DNA from: Pecten maximus
Taxonomy: Eukaryota
DNA: 64,000 nucleotides
Reading direction: 5' to 3'
Assembly: GCF_902652985.1 (NCBI RefSeq)
Contig: NC_047024.1
Coordinates: forward strand, 22,568,001 to 22,632,000
Part shown: piece after piece, positions 54,671 through 64,000 of the stretch
How positions within the stretch are numbered: the stretch's first letter is position 1
Layout: the number at the start of each line of letters is the position of its first letter
The notes under the pieces: generated by a model
What the model was told of the DNA's origin: nothing
Seen by the model: only the letters and a program-made list of their open reading frames with translations
The model's database searches: none
Translations under genes and position numbers: made by a program

Positions 54671-57600
54671 AGCAAGGATAAAGAATCTCCCATCAAACTA
54701 CGAAAAACGTTCACAGGTAGAATCCCACCAAGTCCTCTCGGTGCTACACCAAGACCCCATCTTCCACAGGTTTACAATCGGCGGTATACCGAGACATTCG
54801 TGTCCGAGTATGCATTAAGTGAGTCCTACAACATGTGTATCTGTTGAGAAAGTCGTCGTGTCAACAACACGATGACATTCAAAACATACTTGTTGTGCTT
54901 GTGGCCAATATGTTGGTGTTTAGAAGTCACTGCCTTAATAGTTACTAACATCTGTTAACTCTAACCTATATGTAAACTACTGCGATGTTGCTTCTGACTC
55001 ATTATTAACCGTTGTTTACGTTTTGTTTATTATATGTGTTGTTTTTGTTTATGTTTTATAATTTTAACACTCGTGACTGACAAAATGCGTATATATTAAA
55101 TACCCCATCCTATTTTATACTTGAAATAACATAATGTTTTATCCAGACTATAATCAATATGGACAAGCATGCTAAGAATATTAATGTTTCAACTAGAATA
55201 TATTCTGCTAATAATAATAATATATATATCACCAGTACACCAATTGTAATACTAATATATCCTGAATGACATTTGGTAGACAGTAATTGGAATGGTTATA
55301 TAAATAATCAAGGATAATGGATATATCATTTAGAAAAATATTTTATACTCGAAAAATTGTGATAAAAGATAACTTGTTACTTTAGTGTTTCCTGCCTCTG
55401 TTAATATACAGTATTGGCTATCTATATATTTCATCAGTAATGAACAATTCTTTACTTAATATGCAGTGGTGGACAATTCATTCTGAGCTATGCTGACTGA
55501 TTTATATTTTATTTTCCAAAGTTTTCTCTATTGAAATTGATAACATTAGTCATTAAATTGATATTGTATAATACTATTGTAACCGGTCGTTTTGAGCCGG
55601 GTCGGTTATTCAAATTGTCTACACCATGACTCCAACGCTTGAGTTCCAATTCATAATTTATTAGTCCATAAAACACCCTAAAATAACAAATAACAACAAT
55701 AAGTAAAATAGTTACAATCTCAAAGTGGAATAATCCATCCCACAATAACACGACAGGTGTACGCACCTGACGCAACCGTGTGCATAACGCTTAGAACCTA
55801 AGATTCAAGAACACCTACTAACCCAGGCGTAATCATAAACGTTACAACTACTACTGAACTATGCACATTACAGATCTGACAAAGTAGCAAGTGCGTAACG
55901 CTTATACAAACAATGACAATTTCTCATGTACATGGATATTCTTAAAAATGATGCTACCAACACAATATAAATGGAGCCATATAAAAAACCTACCTCTTCA
56001 TTTGACGAAGAGGGCTCGACTCCCGGGGAGACAACCCGTACAATATTACAGCGCATATAAATGCTACAATAATAAAATAAACAATATTTACTAACATGTA
56101 CTAGCACCGTATACTAACTACAATGTTTAATATAAAAGGCTAAATGCATAACGCCTATCGGCTAAACCAAAACGTTTATCCACACAGAATAAATAATAAG
56201 AAAGTGGCGGGAAATTCAATTTCTGGACAATCTTTACCAATAAGTAAATTATTTCAATTAATTTATAAAGGAAATAATTGACATTCAACATATCCATATA
56301 TTACTACATACAATACAATATACATTAAAGTTAGAAATTATGAAGTACTCACAGTGATGTAGATTGGTACAACACGGATGCGCTAAATATATAGACGCAA
56401 CATATACACGTCCACTCACAACGGTGCCTAGTACGGGAGTGACGCTACCCTAAAAAGCGCGGGTGCGCATTGACCCATGGTCACTCTACTATAAAAATAA
56501 CTCTGACCTCTGACCTGTTAAACAGGTTTACATATATATAAATAGCATACGTTACAACTGCGTACACATATACATATGATAAATACGGAGCCTGTACATG
56601 CACAGTAGTACAAAAATGGATAAATCTAAATAATACCCAAATGTCATTAAATAATGACACTGTTACACTATTGACATGTTTTCCAGGTTTTCACATAGCC
56701 ATAGTCTACCATTACTTTCATACACTAAAATCGATTCAATTTCAAAATGCTACTCACTCTATTTGTTTTAAATGTTTTCATGTAAGCACTAAATATAACA
56801 ACATAGGAAAATGATGTATTAAAGAGACTCACTTTTCAGCCAGTATTATATATTTGGCATATTTTGCTGAAATAAAACAGACAGATATAGTAACAGATGA
56901 AGTTGGTCAAAAGAAATAAATATAACAGTATAATTTCAGGTGCTGGTTTAATTTTATTTCACTCGTGTTCATCTTGACATTTATTGATTTAAAACTTTAT
57001 TATATTGTTTGAATTGAATTACTGAATAAGTTAATACCTATATATATGGTGGTAAATATGAATTAGTTTTCATTCAGATTGATCATTTGTTATATCTTGT
57101 AATTAATAGAGGGGCGGCGATAGCTCATTCAGCTAGTGCACTAGCCACGTATTAAGGTGAAGTTCTGAGATGCGTGTTTCGAAGCTCCCTACCATTTCAA
57201 TGGTGTTTTTTTTTTTTTTTTTTTGAAAGCTTGAAAATAGGCCAGCCTGTCCCGATTACTATGGATGGCATACACTATATAAGCCTGTTGTATGTTAAGT
57301 GTGGCAGTCACCAACTACTACAAGGAGAACCCAGGCCACCTCATAATGACCCTGGTTATTCATGGGGCGATAAACCCAGCAAGTAAACAAACCTGATACA
57401 GGCCACCAGATGATATAATATGATATTATCTACATTTAGATGTATCTAATTTTAATAAGTTTCTTAGGCCAAATTAAAGTGATAGACTTGTGTCAGAAAG
57501 ATTGTCATAATAAATACTTGTGTTTTAGATATTTAGAGGAAACAGCATAACACAGTGATAATAATTACAAAACGAAATCCTTCACCATAGTATGGCCCTG

Positions 57601-60600
57601 TACAAGTCCAGAATTAGTTACGTAAGGTCAAAATATCCTGAAAATTATCATATAGTAAGTAAGATGGCATCAGTTTTGTTGAGAGCTGTACATTCAAGAG
57701 TCTTGCCACCTGTCCAACTGAAAGAAAGTTCAGAAGTCCATATAAGAGCAAAAACCATGGATTTTACATATATTACGTACATCAATATAAACATTTAGGT
57801 TTAAGGATTAGGATGAACTGTCATTTTTCTAATTTAGAACGTATTAGATTCCATTTGTTTGATTGATTTCTAAACTAATTTTAATTAAGGATAAGCAAAC
57901 CGTTTAACATTGCAGTTGTGCAAAATTTATCTCATCTCCTTGTTTTTAATATTAATCTTTATACAAGTGGTTGATTATAGTATATATAATTATACAAATT
58001 GTGGTTAGAGGGTTTTTTAGAATCTTTAAATTTAATTTCGCTACATTTTGTACCTGTTGAGACAGAAGTGAAATGTGATCAAAACCCAGTGAGTATCATG
58101 ACACAAACTCTACATTAGGGAAGTTCCTTAAGTTACGTATGTTTCCAAGGGAAAGCTTCAGGAAGTACCATAAGGAAGAGAAATTAATGTGTATATAGGC
58201 TGGTGATTCTGCCTCGGGCTATGTGAATCTCTTGTCAACCAATGTCAATCAAATTGCTGTAGGATACACATCCAAAATGGAGTCCGACGTAATAGTATTG
58301 CGTCCCATTATAGTTTTAGAAGTAATGTTATATAAATGTTGCTTTTTATGATATTTAGTGTTTTTGATGTGTCCTAAATCTTTACCGCCTGAAACTATGC
58401 ATCCTCCAACACCTCCTGTTGAAGACCCCTATATATATCCCCTATATGTTGACATATGGAGCCTTTTTAAATTTCACCTTTTCTGCAGGTAAACTTCCTA
58501 ATCCAGTGATACTTGTTATGTATTTGACAAATTAAGACTCTGTTAAGATATTTCTCCATTATCTTTGAACAAATTCACTAAAATTAGCATGGTCATCCAA
58601 AAGAAGTTAATGGAAAAATGGTTTCCTCACACACAAACGGAGCGATTTTTACCTGAGTTGCAGATTTACCTGTTAATTAAAGTTGTTGTTTGACGTATAA
58701 GTCAAACAACAACTTTAATTAAAATTAATATTAACTTTCCATATTATTCTTGAGACTTATGTTTGATTTTGCGTATGAAGCTAATTTTCTACACATTTAA
58801 TTGTCATAAATATCAATCTTGAAAAAATGTATGTACAACTTTTACCTGATTTGCAGACTTACCTGTTAATTAAAGTTGATATGTCACTGAACTTTTCAAA
58901 TTCATCTCGGAATTTTATTATGGAGTTTTTCATAATTAATCAAGTGTAAGACAATCAACTCTGCCAATAAAAAATATATTTTACAATGATCTGAAGTAAG
59001 TGTCAATTGAAATTTCAATTAATTTAGACCATTAAACAATGGCGAGGAAATTAAAAAGCAGGGGTGTCATATGTCATCATAATTAGAGATTAAAGAGTTT
59101 AAGTTATAAGAGTCTGACCAGTCTGTTTCTATCAGGCATATTGGGCTGCATACATAATTTCAAATGTCTGTATTGAGTTCCATATTCATTGAAATATTCT
59201 TGGAGAACAAGGTGATATATGCCAGTGCTTTTTCCGAGGGCTTTCTGGGGCTGTTATTGGTCCCCATTCCCAATTGAAATTATTTCATTTTAAAGCCAAA
59301 TTCCTCAAAATTTGCAGTTTACTCATGAACATTTTTTCCCAATTCACCAATTTTTTTCCCAAAATGAGACAAAAAGGACCCTTCCCAAACCAGTGAGAAA
59401 AAGCCCTGCAGGCCGTCTTTTGGTAACCGAGTTAGAACTATTGACCAACGTAAGCTTTTAGGGCCCAGTATGACTCATCCAACTCATGCTCACCTTACGT
59501 GTCTACCTGTACACATCTTCTCTGTATTAGTCATCGTGATGTCTAGATCGTATATTCTTCCTGGTAATGTCCCGATTGTCATTACTGTTTGACTTACGCG
59601 ACCATATACAGATGTCCATACTGGTATCTGTTGTAAGCACACATTTATAAAACTAGGTATACTGTTGTCTTTGAAATCTGGCTGACATGTCCAGAAAAAT
59701 CTTATGTGGTCCAGCCAGAAATCTGAACAATTAGGTAAGAAGAGGAGAAAAATATCATAATTGCTTTTCGATCCTGTGAACACTGATCAGTTTCGCATGC
59801 ACTGGGGTGTATTATGAAGGACAATGTTGCATGGTAACGGAATTACTAAAAACATTATTAAAGTAGATCTACCTACCTGTCACTAATATTAGTTACTTGT
59901 CTTTTTAGTTTTAATTCATTTCATTCATCTCAGACTCTAAAATAATAATTAAAAAAAAAACCCACTTTTTCAATCTTGACTTTAATTGTGTAAGCGTATA
60001 TTGTGTATGTGTATAGTGATGATATATTGTTGAGGATTCTGTCCTCAGTTGGCAAATCAATTGTGGTTTTTCATCCAGTAGATGTAAATAATGAATTGGA
60101 AATATCTTATCATATATGTTTTTGATATGAATGAAGGAAAAATGAGTGCAAAAAAAATTGCAAGCCCTGTGAAAATACTTTATCAACCTCCTTTTGACGA
60201 AATACCTTGAACAACATAATTAAAAAGAAAATACATATCTCTTTCTAAAATTTTGCAAAAGTATAGTTTTCCCCCAAAATTGGAAGAATTAGAAAGTATG
60301 AATGTGTAAAATGATGTCCGTGTATACGTAGGTACATTGTATTTATATTTCATTGGTATTTCTTTTCACAGATGACTGTGACAATAAATTCACCCAGATA
60401 CGAGAAAAGAGTGAGCCAGAAGGTCACAGTAGTACCCGGTCATTCATCATACTCGGATTCATCTTTGTTGCCTCCATTCTTGCCTTGGGGATCGTTTACC
60501 TAAGATTCCCCAAGCTTGCCGAGTGAGTAGTCTTTTCATGGTCCTCTCACAGAATTGTCTTATCTCTAGAGAGGGCCAGGGAAATTTTCAGGTTTGTAGT

Positions 60601-63600
60601 CAACCACTGATAATTTAGTCACAAAATTATGATAAAAAATTTATGTTCATAATGAAAATATTTTTTATTTACAATGTATTTGAATGAATCTGCACTAATT
60701 AATTATTACACTAGACTGCATTAAACCTTAAGGGATAAATTCGTCTATAGATATGTTTAATAGTTACTATGGTGATTAATCGTAGTTAATGAAAAATATA
60801 CATGTATTTATACCTATTATTAAAATCTGTCTTAAATGATATTAAATCACATTCTCTTATATAACCATGGACATTTTTCGGCATAGCCGTCTAATTTTGT
60901 TTTGGCCCCGGATATGACGCGACAGGTGGCGTTACTGGTCAAGATAAAGTATGTGATTGGTCAATGTAGCGGTCAATGCAAAATGCAGATATACAGTTAA
61001 AAACGAAACAAAGTTAAAGGGACCTCACGGTAAACCAATATTTATTTTGTATTTTTTATCATATTATTGGGTATATCTTTAAAAAAAATAACCTCTGAAC
61101 AATAACCATTCGAATTTGATGATGTATGTACATAAAAACATCAATTATCAATTATTAAAAGGTTATCACAATTCGCTGATCAACAATCTGAATATGCAAA
61201 AATTTTGTGACATATACGATAAACGCATGCGCACAACAAACTAAAACACATGGAAACAAAAATGGCTTCCAATGTGAATCGACTGCGGTTGAAAACGATA
61301 ACAGCTTCCGCAATGAAGAGAATAATAGGAAAATGGGTCAAACACAATCCTAGAATTAAACTTGGGAAGCAGTACAATAGACTGTAACAGTTCAAACATG
61401 AAAACAGCAGTAATACGGACGCCGCTTGTATTCTGCTTGATTGTTTGATAGTAGGTCATGACAATCTCGGTAATATTTACACAAACTCGGTAAGATTTCC
61501 ACAATCTCGGTAATATTTACACAAACTCGGTAATATTAACACAAACTCGGTAATAGTTCCACAAACTCGGTAATATTTATACAGTCTGTACCAGTACATC
61601 GCTACTGTCACTATACTATATGAGCAATGTTTACACTTATTTACACATACAATATGTGTGCCGTAATATATACAGAACGTGTTATTTAACATTTAAACCA
61701 CTGTATAATATCGTTATCCAAATAACCCAGATGGAATATAGATATCGCCTTGTAAACTATCGTGTGTTTGTGCTGCCACGATTTCAAAACAGTCACGTAA
61801 TGATTTAAAATAATTTCCACGCTAAATTTAGAGGGGGATTCCCAACTAAATTGAGTGGTCAAGCTGGACATAGGGATTGACTGTGAACATTGGGACAGCA
61901 CAGAAACATAACTGAAAAGGAACAAAACGCGTACATTCAGTGAAAATTGCAACATTTTTACCGTGATGTCCCTTTTAAATTGAATGCAAGCTGAATAAGT
62001 GGATGCATCTATTCAAATGACACATTTGCAGTCTTATTATCACCAAAAATGATTCAAACTGATATAATTTTGTTATCCGTGCTGAAACTGCGCATTTATT
62101 AATTACAATGTAGTTCGTTAACTTATATCACCAGTAGTTTTACATTATAACCACCAGCATTAAAACTATGCCGTTTATCTTTTTTAAAGATATTTCTTGT
62201 TTGTCTTAACACTTGTGACTAAGCAATTGTTGTCCAAGCTGTGTGGAGATATCTGGAACAAAAATGGAGGAAAATGTGACTGGTTGCATTGTACCACAGA
62301 ATCTTAAAGAACATATCTGATGAACTTCAATGAACTTCAAAGATCTTCAATGAAATTTATAAATTCTCTGATTATGCAAAAAATCTCTACATCAATGGAG
62401 GAAGTACAAATTTAATGAAAATTGTGAAATCTTAAAAACAAAGAGAGAACTAAGAGTAGTCAATGGCAAAAAGCTCAGGATAAGTTGTTTTTTCCTGATT
62501 ATGAAAACATTTACCGGTTCCTTATATAAAATAACCACAAAAGAGATGCAGTCTTATGTAAATATTTGAAGCTAACTCCTGGTATTTTACTTTCAGAGAC
62601 GAAAAACAGTATATCAAACTTCCTAGAGATATAGATGACGCCAAGAACCTTGGCAAAGTATTGTCACGTTATAAAGAAGACCATTATTACCAGGTGTTGG
62701 GAGCCTATTTTATTGTATATGTGTTGTATCCTTTTTGATCAGCTCAAAGCTGGAAATCTTAAGCAAAATAATATTTTTGGACCCAATTTTGTACAATTCA
62801 TTTTAATATACAGATTACCGGTACTGTATATGATAAACTTGACCACCTATTATTCTTAAATTTTGCTTGTAGTATTTATATTTTCGGTCATCCTAGATAT
62901 TGATACTCCCTTTGTATCCGTTTTTTATTTTCTAATTTGTTATAAGGTTTGAAGTCAAAGGCTTCACATGACCGCTTTTGAAATAAAAATCTTGTATACA
63001 AAATATCTCATGAACTCATGGACAGATTTATTTTATTGTTGATGAGTATATCTTTGTGAGTCTTCAACCTTTACTTTCATATTTCATGTATTTTGTACCA
63101 TATTTACATGTGTGAGATACTAGACTTCCTTAACTCTGACTCAGTTTACAGTCCTTTGCTATACCAGGGTCTATATTCCTCAGTATATTGTCTGGATTCC
63201 TGTTCTCATTTTCTATAGCACTGTTCCTTGTATGTTTGGTAAGTAGTCTCCCTTTATCACTCTTCAAAGGTCAGAAGTCAGGACAGACAAATGTCTCTGG
63301 TGTCAAAGGTCAATGTCTATAAATAGAACTTTGATGTTTATTATTTCTGCAATACTATGCTTTACATATGTATATAATATGACACATGTAAACACTTCCT
63401 TAAGGTACTGGTCACATTTGATTTTTTTTTAGTTTGTTGGAGTGTAATATTGAGAGAAGACAAATATAAGCATTGACAATAAAATTATTTATTGATTTAT
63501 TGAACCATAAGTTAGAAAAAAAAATCTGAAAAAAATCATAATTTATTATATAAATTGTGTTTTCATTGTAATTAGTTATATTTTCCAGAACAAATTAATA

Positions 63601-63732
63601 CAGTTAATAATGATATTGTTTTTTCAGTGTTCTGCTTTAGGTGCCTCCTTTTGCTATCTTTTGTCCTATTTAGTCGGACGAAGACTTGTACAGAAATACT
63701 TTCCAGAGAGAGTAGCTGAATGGCAATCTCAT
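54656..63732 (+). CDS. TMEM41B: Transmembrane protein 41B (Stasimon; VTT/DedA-family ER scramblase), 3'-partial
   Basis: Exons 54656-54818 (MAAGGSKD..; less certain), 60372-60522 (TM helix RSFIILGFIFVASILALGIVYLRFPKL), 62597-62725 (KLPRDIDDAKNLGKVLSRYKE..), 63145-63238 (LQSFAIPGSIFLSILSGFLF), 63628-63732 (CSALGASFCYLLSYLVGR..YFPERV). Phases are consistent. Confidence 0.93.
55578..56667. mobile_element. Probable solo LTR (Gypsy-like)
   Basis: Termini TGTAAC...GTTACA with a flanking 4-bp direct repeat CTAT. 1090 bp, CpG-richer than the flanks. Confidence 0.65.
57110..57391 (+). mobile_element. SINE family B, diverged
   Basis: GGGGCGGCGATAGCTCATTCAG head; tail AACTACTACAAGGAGA..ATGACCCTGGTTATTCATGGGGCGATAAACCCAGCAAG. 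Confidence 0.7.
58673..58722. repeat. Perfect 22-bp inverted repeat with a 6-nt loop
   Basis: TTAATTAAAGTTGTTGTTTGAC-GTATAA-GTCAAACAACAACTTTAATTAA. Confidence 0.9.
61018..61974. mobile_element. Kolobok-like non-autonomous DNA transposon
   Basis: TTAA|AGGGACCTCACGGTAAA ... TTTACCGTGATGTCCCT(T)|TTAA, with an internal ~20-bp repeat at 61460-61580. Confidence 0.7.
62726..63144 (+). other. U12-type (minor spliceosome) GT-AG intron of TMEM41B
   Basis: 5' site GTATCCTTT at 62726. Branch site TTCCTTAAC at 63126-63134, about 10 nt before the AG at 63143-63144, with no polypyrimidine tract. Splicing restores the frame YVF-LQSFAIPGS. Confidence 0.92.
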
Positions 63733-64000
63733 GTAAGTTATAATCATAGTTTAACACTTGGAAGGAAGTCGAGTGGATGTGAGTGATAAATTTAGAAAAT
63801 GATTGAATGAAAACGCATCTAAGTGATGATTTAGGTATAGAGGAATTGTATTAAATGTGTTTGAGGGATACATTCAGTAAATTAAAAAGATAACTGAATG
63901 GATACCAGTATGATCTGATGATAAATGTAGAGGAGAGCAGAATGTCTATTTCTGAGATGACTTGAGGCAATAATTATGAATACCGTTTGTATTAAAGGTG

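Noticed and set aside
59223-59408. hAT-like MITE (CAGTGCTTTTTC..GAAAAAGCCCTG)
   Set aside because: Short imperfect TIRs and no matching TSD, so it was not listed as a feature.

Overview
AT-rich, intron-rich eukaryotic (animal) genomic DNA, probably from a bivalve mollusc; this is inferred from the repeat types (V-domain-like SINEs, HINE/pearl-type elements). I reconstructed four spliced protein-coding genes exon by exon, arranged as two head-to-head pairs. TAF5L (-, 3' end runs off the left edge) faces MASTL/Greatwall kinase (+, complete CDS). TTLL1 tubulin polyglutamylase (-, complete CDS) faces TMEM41B/Stasimon (+, runs off the right edge), which carries a textbook U12-type GT-AG intron. 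Introns and intergenic DNA hold tRNA-derived SINEs with TSDs, Helentron/HINE-like elements with 157-161 bp internal arrays, MITEs, a probable solo LTR and many minisatellites. The most unusual observation is a 1.4 kb MASTL intronic array built from copies of the adjacent exon end plus its 5' splice site, whose shared variants are mostly synonymous. A second array in TTLL1 also resembles its neighbouring donor junction. Most short ORFs in the supplied track are spurious or are exon fragments. No prokaryotic or CRISPR features are present.
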